A stretch of 64,000 nucleotides of DNA from an uncultured virus (IMG/VR IMGVR_UViG_3300027973_000046) (lineage: Duplodnaviria > Heunggongvirae > Uroviricota > Caudoviricetes), in IMG/VR virus record IMGVR_UViG_3300027973_000046, positions 1-64,000 of that record; one strand, written 5' to 3'. Below are positions 1-8,136 of this stretch, piece after piece. The notes under the pieces are model-generated. The model ran no database searches. It worked only from the letters and a program-made list of their open reading frames with translations, and had not been told where the DNA came from. The position numbers were made by a program, and so were the translations under genes. The first letter of the stretch is position 1; each line of letters starts with the position of its first letter.

Positions 1-720
1 ATGAATGTCTGCCCCCAAATCTACCTGTTCAATCTTGTATCCCACATCTCTACCGTATACAATGTTGGTAATGTTGGGTAGTCTTAATACTAATGCGCCG
101 TCCATAAAGTCATCCTTGGCAATATATTCTTTTACCTGATCAAATGTTAGAGGATCCTTTTCGCTAGTCTTGTATGTGTTTCTTACGCCTAACAGTACTT
201 GCTTTGTTCTATTGCCCGCCTCTTTATAAAGCGCATGATGTCCCTCATGCCAAGGCTGGTATCTTCCGAGCATCAATGTTGTTGGTGCAGACCAATCATG
301 CAAATTAAAGTAATTAATAATTACGGTAGCCTTTTGATCTTGGTCCAGCTTATGGTCTTCAAAAGTTGCATCAAATTCTGTTGGGCGCTCAAACATTTTG
401 TTTGTATCTTCAAAACGTCCCGCTTCAATTGTATCCATAAAAATAAGAATGTCTGGCTTTCCAAATGCTGAACGTGTTAATTCTGTTGGGCATACAAAGT
501 CAACAATGACTGGTGCTACGCCCTGCTTGGAAATTAAACGTGCCATCTCGCCCATGCGTCTTGATTGCTCTAGTCTATCTTCTGGACTAAAACCAAGGTC
601 GGAATTTACCGTTGCACGTACTTCATCTGCATTTAAATGAATTGCATTAATTCTTTCTTTTAAAGCTTTTGCTAATTCTGTTTTACCAGAACCTGGAAGT
701 CCAATTATTTGAATAATCAT
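1..720 (-). CDS. Adenylylsulfate (APS) kinase-like P-loop domain fused to an HxGH nucleotidyltransferase domain (3'-partial, runs off the window)
   Basis: Not in the ORF track; translated by hand from ATG at 720, which overlaps the upstream stop as ATGA. Reads MIIQIIGLPGSGKTELAKAL..HLNADEVR..DLGFSPEDRLEQSRRMG..VIVDFVCP (CysC-like), then MLGRYQPWHEGH (cytidylyltransferase/NMNAT-type HxGH). Confidence 0.8.
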   Translation of the reverse strand, partial: MIIQIIGLPGSGKTELAKALKERINAIHLNADEVRATVNSDLGFSPEDRLEQSRRMGEMARLISKQGVAPVIVDFVCPTELTRSAFGKPDILIFMDTIEAGRFEDTNKMFERPTEFDATFEDHKLDQDQKATVIINYFNLHDWSAPTTLMLGRYQPWHEGHHALYKEAGNRTKQVLLGVRNTYKTSEKDPLTFDQVKEYIAKDDFMDGALVLRLPNITNIVYGRDVGYKIEQVDLGADIH

Positions 721-1463
721 GTAGAAATCTCTCTTACTAATTGATGAATGGCCTGGTCGCTATTATCATTATATGTTGACGAAAACATAAGTTCAAAATT
801 TTTAAACCTATTTAATTCTTTTGATACTGTTTCTTTTGTCCCGTAAATGCAATTTTTTATTTGTCTTTCATTTTTCAAATCATTAAATATTTTTTCAGCT
901 TCTGCATATGTATCTTTAATAATTAAAAATATTTTTAATATCTTTCTTCCAGTAATTATATCAAATCTATTTGAATTATTCAAGTGGTCTTCTAGTAAAT
1001 AAATAATGCCATCGCCATAATTAAATGAATTATGAATTGTTTGATCTGATCCGCCGCTAAAAAATATCGCTGGGAGGTTATCATTTATTTTTCTTAGATT
1101 TAATATAAACTTACCAGACTCTATTTTTCTATCATGTATTGATGTAATATTTTCAAATAAAGACTGTTCCTCGTCTGTTGTTCCAGAAACAACGTTTAAT
1201 ATTAATTTGTTAGCTGAAATTTGATCAAAGCCTTTTATCATCATTGATAAATAAGCTGGGGTAAGTGCATATGGTCTAATTGCAACCATATATTTTGTTT
1301 TTTGCTCTTCAAATAAAGCATTAGCTGCCTTTATAAAATAATCTTCTTCGTCTGAATGAAATGTTGTTAATATTGAATCATAGCCCACATCATCTATTGA
1401 TTTAATAAAAGAATGAAGCTCCCTTGGATCCAAATTATATTTTAGCATCCAGTGGAACTTCAT
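717..1463 (-). CDS. Luciferase-like (LLM) flavin-dependent monooxygenase, SsuD-like
   Basis: Motifs DDVGYDSIL, MVAIRPYALTPAY, FDQIS..KLILNVVSG, PAIFFSGGS, CIYGT..V are typical of the LLM TIM barrel. Confidence 0.75.
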   Translation of the reverse strand: MKFHWMLKYNLDPRELHSFIKSIDDVGYDSILTTFHSDEEDYFIKAANALFEEQKTKYMVAIRPYALTPAYLSMMIKGFDQISANKLILNVVSGTTDEEQSLFENITSIHDRKIESGKFILNLRKINDNLPAIFFSGGSDQTIHNSFNYGDGIIYLLEDHLNNSNRFDIITGRKILKIFLIIKDTYAEAEKIFNDLKNERQIKNCIYGTKETVSKELNRFKNFELMFSSTYNDNSDQAIHQLVREIST

Positions 1464-1480
1464 CTTAATTATCTATTATT

Positions 1481-1888
1481 TTACTTTTTAGACTTTGCTC
1501 TTGCTTTTGCAAGTGCTTCAAAATCTTTTACTTTGGTGTCACCAAGGTATCCCCAAGCATATCCATCGGATATCATTTGATCATTAATAGAGACATCTTG
1601 TTCGTCTACGAATAGCCAACCAAGTATTCTTCCATATTTTTCTGAGGAATCCATCTTCTCTGTTTTAATTTTTACAGACTTGGCATCTTTTAATTTATAC
1701 TTTAAATATTCTTTTGCTTCAAGCCCCAATTTCTTTTCTGATAAGTCTTTTGTTCTTGATTCAGGCGTGTCTATTCCAGCAAGTCTTACTCGTGATGCAA
1801 AAAGAATATCAAAGCCTAGGTCAATAAGTACATCAATTGTGTCACCATCGACTACGGCCTCTACTTTTTTGACATAATACTCGTACAT
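1481..1888 (-). CDS. Thermonuclease (SNase-like)
   Basis: VVDGDTID, VRLAGIDTPE, EKYGRILG. Confidence 0.92.
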   Translation of the reverse strand: MYEYYVKKVEAVVDGDTIDVLIDLGFDILFASRVRLAGIDTPESRTKDLSEKKLGLEAKEYLKYKLKDAKSVKIKTEKMDSSEKYGRILGWLFVDEQDVSINDQMISDGYAWGYLGDTKVKDFEALAKARAKSKK

Positions 1889-2430
1889 TATTTAACCTTA
1901 TTAAGTAGCGGAGTATTTTCTTCCCCAGCATAGACTGGTCGGCCCCAACCTACAACTGCGTTGATTAGCTTCTTTTTATTATTTTTTACATAGCCACGAG
2001 TTTTTTCAACACACATTCCGCCGTTGCGCTGATCTCCTTTTGCGGTTCCTGAAGTGTTTCCTTCAATAACTTGAATTGTTCCATCACCATTATTTTTAAT
2101 ACAAAGACCAACATGAGAAATTCTATTAACACCATCATCTGGAAAATCAAAATAAATCCAGTCTCCAGCTTGTGGGTCATCATTACGTGCATCTGACCAA
2201 CGTCCTTCTTTCTTGAACTGGTCTGATGCTGCAACTGTTGACGCTGACTTAGGGAACTTTGCAACCCCCGCTGTCATTGCACACCAAGAAACAAATGACT
2301 GGCACCATGGTTGGAAGTTGGCCTTCATCCATGCCCCATACTTTGTTTCATTATCTTTTGGGCCTTCAATTGTCCCAACTTCTTTTTTTGCAACCTCAAT
2401 GATTGCCTTTAAACTTCCTTTTTCTGCCAT
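1888..2430 (-). CDS. CHAP-domain peptidoglycan hydrolase (endolysin candidate)
   Basis: PWCQSFVSW (Cys), SHVG (His), IEGN. Confidence 0.88.
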   Translation of the reverse strand: MAEKGSLKAIIEVAKKEVGTIEGPKDNETKYGAWMKANFQPWCQSFVSWCAMTAGVAKFPKSASTVAASDQFKKEGRWSDARNDDPQAGDWIYFDFPDDGVNRISHVGLCIKNNGDGTIQVIEGNTSGTAKGDQRNGGMCVEKTRGYVKNNKKKLINAVVGWGRPVYAGEENTPLLNKVK

Positions 2431-2485
2431 TTTATTCCCCTGTCTTATTATAATTAAGTTAACGCCATCCTAGTATACCAAAAAA

Positions 2486-3238
2486 TTATTTAACATTGCC
2501 GTATATATACTCAAGTATTTTAGTATAGTATTCTGGCTTTAGGTGGTCATTTAAAAAATAGGTTATGGGAGTCTTGGGCTGCATTGTAGTCTCTATCATG
2601 TCTGTCCCAAGTATCTCGGCTATACTTATTGGATTATCTAGGCCTCTTTCATTACACTGTTTGCGTAACTCTGAAACAAATTTAAGCTGGAACTCATGTC
2701 TGTCCTCGAACTCTATGGCTGGGTCTGTGTGGTTATGTCTAAACCTACTGGTAACTATACATATGAACTGCGGCATGGGCTCAATAAATATAACCCTTGC
2801 CTTACTAAATTTACTTGTAGCGTTATCAATGTATGTCTTTACCACATTCTCAACATTTACATAGCCATTTAGTTTTGTTTGCGGGAGCCAATTCCTTACA
2901 TCAATATATCCAAGCCACGGCATTATTATTCTGTCTTCTGAGTTCCACAAATCTAATTCTTCTTTCTGCGTACCACTGGCGAAGTTTTCAAAATCATAAT
3001 GTAACGCTGACCTTCCTGGGTGATTAGATATAAAAAATTTAATATGTTCGTCTTGATATTTAACAAGACCATCTTCCATCCAAACTTCATGACCAGTTTT
3101 GTCTAAATATTTGGTTCTGTATTGGTGATCAGACTCTTTTCTAAATGTTGATTTAATTTTTGATGACAATGTTTTACCCATGTTAAAAGCTAATTTGCCT
3201 GAGTGTGAGTCGCCAATTATTAATATATTTCTATTCAT
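2486..3238 (-). CDS. SGNH/GDSL-like hypothetical protein
   Basis: N-terminal ILIIGDSH, GYIDVR and C-terminal NDHL. Confidence 0.55.
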   Translation of the reverse strand: MNRNILIIGDSHSGKLAFNMGKTLSSKIKSTFRKESDHQYRTKYLDKTGHEVWMEDGLVKYQDEHIKFFISNHPGRSALHYDFENFASGTQKEELDLWNSEDRIIMPWLGYIDVRNWLPQTKLNGYVNVENVVKTYIDNATSKFSKARVIFIEPMPQFICIVTSRFRHNHTDPAIEFEDRHEFQLKFVSELRKQCNERGLDNPISIAEILGTDMIETTMQPKTPITYFLNDHLKPEYYTKILEYIYGNVK

Positions 3239-3257
3239 GTATATATTCTATCACAAG

Positions 3258-3330
3258 TGCCCCCAGATGGTTTCGAACCATCGACCCGCAGATTAAAAGT
3301 CTGCTGCTCTACCAGCTGAGCTATAGGAAC
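3258..3330 (-). tRNA. tRNA-Lys(UUU)
   Basis: Minus strand GTTCCTATAGCTCAGCTGGTAGAGCAGCAGACTTTTAATCTGCGGGTCGATGGTTCGAAACCATCTGGGGGCA forms a cloverleaf with anticodon TTT. CCA is not encoded. Confidence 0.93.
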
Positions 3331-3365
3331 TTGTGGCAGTTTATTCTCTTGCCAAGGAGATTTTT

Positions 3366-3881
3366 TTATGCGCTAAGTATTTTTGCTAGGGCATTAACTG
3401 TTGCTGCAATTCTTCCGATATCACGCAACTGCTCGTATGTGTAGCCTTCATTTCTTAGAACGTCAAAATGACCAGCAACACAATAATCACATTTACCAAT
3501 AATTGATGCTGCTAGTGCGTAGGATTCAAACTTAGCTTTAGTCGTTCCTCCATGAGTGCCCATGATATTCATTCTTAATTGCCCATTGACTCTTTTAAAT
3601 TCTTCATCATGTGATTTTCTTGAGTATGGATACCATATGTTATTTTGAGCCATTATAGCGCCTGCTCCAAGTGCTGCATCTCTTTCCAACTCATTAGTTG
3701 AGCTTCCAACTAAAAATGCCAATAGCTTTGAGTTTCCAGTAGCAAATGCTGATGCTATTGCGAGATGCAATGCATAGTCTGGATCAATTTCTGATCTATT
3801 TACTACAGCATCTAAATTAAGTTTAATGTCTTTTGCGTATTCTGGAATAGATTCCTGAAGTTGAGATACCCAATTTGTCAT
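3366..3881 (-). CDS. ahpD: Alkyl hydroperoxide reductase AhpD
   Basis: IPEYAKDIKLNL, IMAQNNIWY, ASIIGKCDYCVAGH (CxxC..H); adjacent to ahpC. Confidence 0.9.
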   Translation of the reverse strand: MTNWVSQLQESIPEYAKDIKLNLDAVVNRSEIDPDYALHLAIASAFATGNSKLLAFLVGSSTNELERDAALGAGAIMAQNNIWYPYSRKSHDEEFKRVNGQLRMNIMGTHGGTTKAKFESYALAASIIGKCDYCVAGHFDVLRNEGYTYEQLRDIGRIAATVNALAKILSA

Positions 3882-4414
3882 AGAGTTTCTCCTCCCAATT
3901 GTCTATTGCATGCACATAACTCTCCTGTTTGAAGTGCATCTAGTACACGTAATGCTTCATCTGCATTTCTTCCGACATCAAGATTATTGCATGTTACATG
4001 CTGAATAACATTGTCTGGGTCAATGATGAATGTTGCACGGTACGCAACACCACTTGGATGATGTACTCCAAGATCATTTGCAAGTTGATGTGCCGAGTCA
4101 GCAAACGACCATGAGTTTGTCTTCTTTAAATCTTCATGTGCATTTCTCCATGCAATTTTACAAAATTCATTATCTACAGAACCAGTCATAAGAACGGCAT
4201 CTCTGTCATTAAAATCATTGACTAATGCGTCATATGCAACAATTTCTGTTGGACAAACAAAGGTAAAATCCTTTGGATAAAACGCAATAATTTTCCATTT
4301 GCCTGGAAAAGAGTCTTGCGTTAGAACTTCAAATGAGCTTTCTTCATAAGATAAAGCTCCAGGTTTAACTCCAGTAACGGCAAAGTTACCAAGTTTATCT
4401 CCTACGGTTTTCAT
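3878..4414 (-). CDS. ahpC: Peroxiredoxin AhpC (actinobacterial three-Cys type)
   Basis: FYPKDFTFVCPTE; C-terminal LDALQTGELCAC. Confidence 0.95.
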   Translation of the reverse strand: MKTVGDKLGNFAVTGVKPGALSYEESSFEVLTQDSFPGKWKIIAFYPKDFTFVCPTEIVAYDALVNDFNDRDAVLMTGSVDNEFCKIAWRNAHEDLKKTNSWSFADSAHQLANDLGVHHPSGVAYRATFIIDPDNVIQHVTCNNLDVGRNADEALRVLDALQTGELCACNRQLGGETL

Positions 4415-4450
4415 TTTTCTCCTTATATATAAGCGATACTTTTTGTATCG

Positions 4451-4522
4451 TACCCCTGGCTGGGATCGAACCAGCGACCTACAGATTAGAAGTCTGTTGC
4501 TCTTCCGCTGAGCTACAAAGGT
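4451..4522 (-). tRNA. tRNA-Arg(UCU)
   Basis: Minus strand ACCTTTGTAGCTCAGCGGAAGAGCAACAGACTTCTAATCTGTAGGTCGCTGGTTCGATCCCAGCCAGGGGTA; anticodon TCT. Confidence 0.93.
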
Positions 4523-4523
4523 G

Positions 4524-4597
4524 TGCGGCAGGTAGGACTCGAACCTACGATTACCGAATTATGAGTTCGGGGCTTTAACCAACTAAGCTACTGACGC
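4524..4597 (-). tRNA. tRNA with CAU anticodon (Ile2 or elongator Met)
   Basis: Minus strand GCGTCAGTAGCTTAGTTGGTTAAAGCCCCGAACTCATAATTCGGTAATCGTAGGTTCGAGTCCTACCTGCCGCA; one T:C mismatch in the acceptor stem. Confidence 0.85.
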
Positions 4598-6020
4598 CAG
4601 TTAGTATATTATATCCATAATGAGCCTGCCAGTCAATAGCGTCTTGCTCATCATTTAACAATGGCTGCCCTTTTATATTAAGGCTTGTATTCAATAATAT
4701 TGGTACGCCTGTTTGTAAATAAAATTTATTTATCGCTACCCATAGCCCACGATGCTGTTCTCTGTTTATTGTTTGAACTCTTGATGTGCCGTCATGATGT
4801 ACAACCGATGGTATTAAATCTGGTTTCAAACACTTGACAGTATACTGCATATATGGGCTAGCAAAATTCATATCAAACCATTTGCTGGCGTGTTCTTCTA
4901 AAACAACTGGTGCAAATGGCCTAAATAATTCTCTTTGCTTAATTAAATTTACTTTATTTTTAATGTTTGGATCTCTTGGGTCTGCCAATATACTTCTATT
5001 TCCTAAAGCTCTTGGTCCATACTCTGCCCTACCAGATGCAACTGCAACTATTCCATCTTTTAATATTGCGTCAACAATTTGTTGTGAAGGATATTGTCCT
5101 CCAAGATCATATCCAAGATATGGGTCTTTCCATTCTATATGCTTCCCATACATTGCTGCTGCTGCTCCCAAAGAACTACCAGCGTCTCCAGGATTTGGCA
5201 TAATCCATATGTCTTTAAATATGTTCCATAGCAATGTATTGGCTTTGCTATTTAATGCACAACCACCCATAAATACTAAATTATTCTTGCCAGTAAGATG
5301 TTGCGCCATACGCATAAAATCATTAAGCCTTTGCTCGTATACCATTTGAGCTGCTGCTGCTATATCAAATTTATCTTGCTCCGAGACCCAGCCCCAGTCT
5401 GTAATGCCTTTGTGAAAATTATATTTTTGTTGATCATACTTTGGGAAATATGCATCAACTTTTCTGTAATATTTTGTCCAGTCCCCATACGCTGCCATTC
5501 CCATCATAATATATTCTTCTTGATTTGGCATTAGACCTATTAGTTGTGTAAATGCTGAGTAGAACAATCCAAAACTAACTGGGTAGTTTTGCTTATATTT
5601 TAACTTTATGTTTTCTCCTTCACCAACCCATATTGTTGATGTGTTGTATTCTCCTATTGCATCAAGGACTACAATTACTGCGTCATCAAATGAGCTTGTA
5701 TAGTAGCCAGCGCATGCATGTGAATAATGATGTTTAAATGATTTTCTTGGTATTCCATCAATATTAAACTTTGGCTTCCAGTCTCCAGAGCCACCCTTTA
5801 TAAATAGCCTGGAGGCCTTTAGAAGGGGTTTCTCGTAGTATGCTATAGCATCAGGTACCCCGTAAGACAAAGCATCATTAACTAAACTATCATTGATATA
5901 CCAATCATTTTTTTGCTTGCTATATCTTTCTGCGTGGCCAGCAAATAATATTTCTCCATCTTTAATTAAAGATAAAGAGGCGTCATGGGATGTCTCATTA
6001 ACCCCCAATATTATAGTCAT
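4575..6020 (-). CDS. O-carbamoyltransferase (NodU/CmcH/TobZ family)
   Basis: HDAS, ERYSKQK, HHYSHA, VLDAIGE, EYIMMGMAAYG, GGCALN, GDAGSSLG, EYGPRALGNRSIL, RPFAP, HHDGTSRVQT, LNTSLN. Confidence 0.95.
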   Translation of the reverse strand: MTIILGVNETSHDASLSLIKDGEILFAGHAERYSKQKNDWYINDSLVNDALSYGVPDAIAYYEKPLLKASRLFIKGGSGDWKPKFNIDGIPRKSFKHHYSHACAGYYTSSFDDAVIVVLDAIGEYNTSTIWVGEGENIKLKYKQNYPVSFGLFYSAFTQLIGLMPNQEEYIMMGMAAYGDWTKYYRKVDAYFPKYDQQKYNFHKGITDWGWVSEQDKFDIAAAAQMVYEQRLNDFMRMAQHLTGKNNLVFMGGCALNSKANTLLWNIFKDIWIMPNPGDAGSSLGAAAAMYGKHIEWKDPYLGYDLGGQYPSQQIVDAILKDGIVAVASGRAEYGPRALGNRSILADPRDPNIKNKVNLIKQRELFRPFAPVVLEEHASKWFDMNFASPYMQYTVKCLKPDLIPSVVHHDGTSRVQTINREQHRGLWVAINKFYLQTGVPILLNTSLNIKGQPLLNDEQDAIDWQAHYGYNILTGVSSLVG

Positions 6021-6975
6021 TAATTTCCTTTATAAAAAATTCTGCCCAGTGCATGTGTTTATGAACACCAGAATGGCCATTCAGTGTTGCCGTTCTAGAT
6101 ATCTTAACATCTGAGGCTATATCAAAGTTTAGTCCGTATTTATCACGATAATCTTGATGACATAAAAATTCTGTATCACATTCAGTTCCTTTTTTATGAA
6201 ATTTATGACACAGAATATCTTTACCTAGATCTTCAACTCTTTGATGCCACTCATTTTCATTAAAATGATGATAGTTTTTAAAATATCCATTACCCTTATT
6301 ATTATCAAGCCATTTATTTTGTGGAATGAACCACGTTGTCCAAATTAGTTTTATATTGTTTGAGTTGCAATATGCTTCAAGCATTTTTATATATTGAATA
6401 GAAAGCATTTGTGCTGTTTCTAATGGCATTATTTCTTCTGCAAGTACTGGCAGCTTTAAATACTTTGGCCTTCCATCATATGTATCCCGCGGAGTTATGT
6501 GATATGTTATAATCTCTTCGTCCTGATCAACAGATGGAATTTTTCCATTATTTTTATAGTCTTTTTCTGGCCTCATTTGATGTGATCTAGATGCGATTTC
6601 CATTCTTGTAAACTCTGGAAAAAGGCATAGAACTATCTTTGGGTTTCCAAAATGCTTTACGTATTCAAAAAAACAATTTATTTCAAATGGAACTCCCTTA
6701 CCGCTTGAGCCTAAGTTATGTTTAGTCAAATTAAGCTCTTTTGAAACAAAGTCTGACCAGGTTGCACCTTTAGGAACCCCCTCGCCATAAGTAAACGAGC
6801 ATCCAAGAGCAACTATGTCTGCAGCAGATTCAATCTCTTCTCCTATAAAACCTTTTGAGTTTACTCCTTCCATTTTTCTGCCTTTTAGTCCACCAGCTAA
6901 CCCTTCTTTTGCATATTTCCAAATATAAGGTTCATTATCTGAGTGGTAAAATGACGGATGTAATTCTTTTGTCAT
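5998..6975 (-). CDS. SGNH-like hypothetical protein (paralog of 6972-7823)
   Basis: ALGCSFTYGEGV, HNLGSSG, GNPKIVLCLFPEFTRME, C-terminal GHSGVHKH. Confidence 0.7.
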   Translation of the reverse strand: MTKELHPSFYHSDNEPYIWKYAKEGLAGGLKGRKMEGVNSKGFIGEEIESAADIVALGCSFTYGEGVPKGATWSDFVSKELNLTKHNLGSSGKGVPFEINCFFEYVKHFGNPKIVLCLFPEFTRMEIASRSHQMRPEKDYKNNGKIPSVDQDEEIITYHITPRDTYDGRPKYLKLPVLAEEIMPLETAQMLSIQYIKMLEAYCNSNNIKLIWTTWFIPQNKWLDNNKGNGYFKNYHHFNENEWHQRVEDLGKDILCHKFHKKGTECDTEFLCHQDYRDKYGLNFDIASDVKISRTATLNGHSGVHKHMHWAEFFIKEINDYNIGG

Positions 6976-7823
6976 AACAATATCTCCTTTTTAAAACTTT
7001 CATATATATGAATATTTCTATGTAGTCCAAAATGTGGTGTTGGTGCAGTGGATGCATCCTTGGAGTAATAAAAATTTTTAAGTTCAGAATGCTCTAGGTG
7101 GCAGTTTTCTTTGTAAACTTCTTTCATGCCATCCTCTTTTTTGAATTTCCAATCATTCATCCCCAAGCTAATATAGTTTTTAAATTGAGTTAAATTTATA
7201 TTTTTATCAAGCCATAAAGATTCTTTTTCCGACCATGTTCCCCATAATAATTTAATATTATTTGTATTGCAGTACATTTCAAGCATTTTAATATATTGTA
7301 TTGATATGTCAAAGGATAGTTCAGATGGAATAGAATCTTCTGCAATAAAAACACCTCTGCCAGTATTAAATTTATTTTTTTGATTCCATATTCCATATCG
7401 TATTATCTTGTCATTATTAAGTTCGTGCCTTGGAAACTGGTTGTATCTTGGAGTCATGTGAGAAGTCTTTGAAGCAACTTCTATTCTTGTAAACTCTGGG
7501 AATAGGCACACCAATACTTTTGGATTGCCAAACTTATTTACATAGGAAAAAAATTTATTTATACTCCACATTATGGATTTACCACAACCAGCAAGATTAT
7601 GAACTGACATTCCAAGATCTTTTGCCAGAAGATCAGGCCATGCATCACCAGCCTCTACACCTAAACCAAATGTCATTGAGCACCCAAGAGAAACAATGTC
7701 GGAGCATGAGTCAAATTCATTTGTCCTGTAGCCGTAATTGTTACACTCATTAGACCAGTCAGATATTTCTGATTCCAGTGGGTAGGATGACTCATACCAA
7801 AGGCTGTCTGAGCTTAATTGCAT
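6972..7823 (-). CDS. SGNH-like hypothetical protein
   Basis: NNYGYRTNEF, SLGCSMTFGLGV, HNLAGCG, GNPKVLVCLFPEFTRIE, PHFGLHRN. Confidence 0.7.
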   Translation of the reverse strand: MQLSSDSLWYESSYPLESEISDWSNECNNYGYRTNEFDSCSDIVSLGCSMTFGLGVEAGDAWPDLLAKDLGMSVHNLAGCGKSIMWSINKFFSYVNKFGNPKVLVCLFPEFTRIEVASKTSHMTPRYNQFPRHELNNDKIIRYGIWNQKNKFNTGRGVFIAEDSIPSELSFDISIQYIKMLEMYCNTNNIKLLWGTWSEKESLWLDKNINLTQFKNYISLGMNDWKFKKEDGMKEVYKENCHLEHSELKNFYYSKDASTAPTPHFGLHRNIHIYESFKKEILL

Positions 7824-7909
7824 TAGTATATAAACCTATCCCTATCTTTATTTTTTCTTTTCTTAAACGATCTAAAAAATTTTGATATATAGTATTTAAT
7901 GTATATCAT
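7823..7909 (-). CDS. 28-aa basic peptide ending in RFIY
   Basis: Hand translation MIYIKYYISKFFRSFKKRKNKDRDRFIY*. It fills the gap exactly and has a TAATG overlap with the next gene. Confidence 0.65.
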   Translation of the reverse strand: MIYIKYYISKFFRSFKKRKNKDRDRFIY

Positions 7910-7911
7910 TT

Positions 7912-8136
7912 TTAAATGCTTCCTTCTACTAGTTGTTGAACGTACTCTGAAAAATGTTTTCTAATGGACCCCATTGGTCTTGATCCATAAGAGTCCCATA
8001 TTCTTTTATACTCTAATACATTTGCAAATGTTGTTGGGCACACCACTATGCCATTGTACTCTCTTAGTACAGTTGGAAGTGGAACATGCTTGCTGCAGCA
8101 TTTGCAATCTTTTGCTCTATCCTGATATTCGCTCAT
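7912..8136 (-). CDS. Small Cys-containing hypothetical protein
   Basis: CKCC...VCPTT; ATGA coupling to the terL stop. Confidence 0.65.
   Translation of the reverse strand: MSEYQDRAKDCKCCSKHVPLPTVLREYNGIVVCPTTFANVLEYKRIWDSYGSRPMGSIRKHFSEYVQQLVEGSI

Noticed and set aside
199..640. Two plus-strand ORFs in the track
   Set aside because: They overlap the motif-bearing minus-strand kinase/nucleotidyltransferase ORF.
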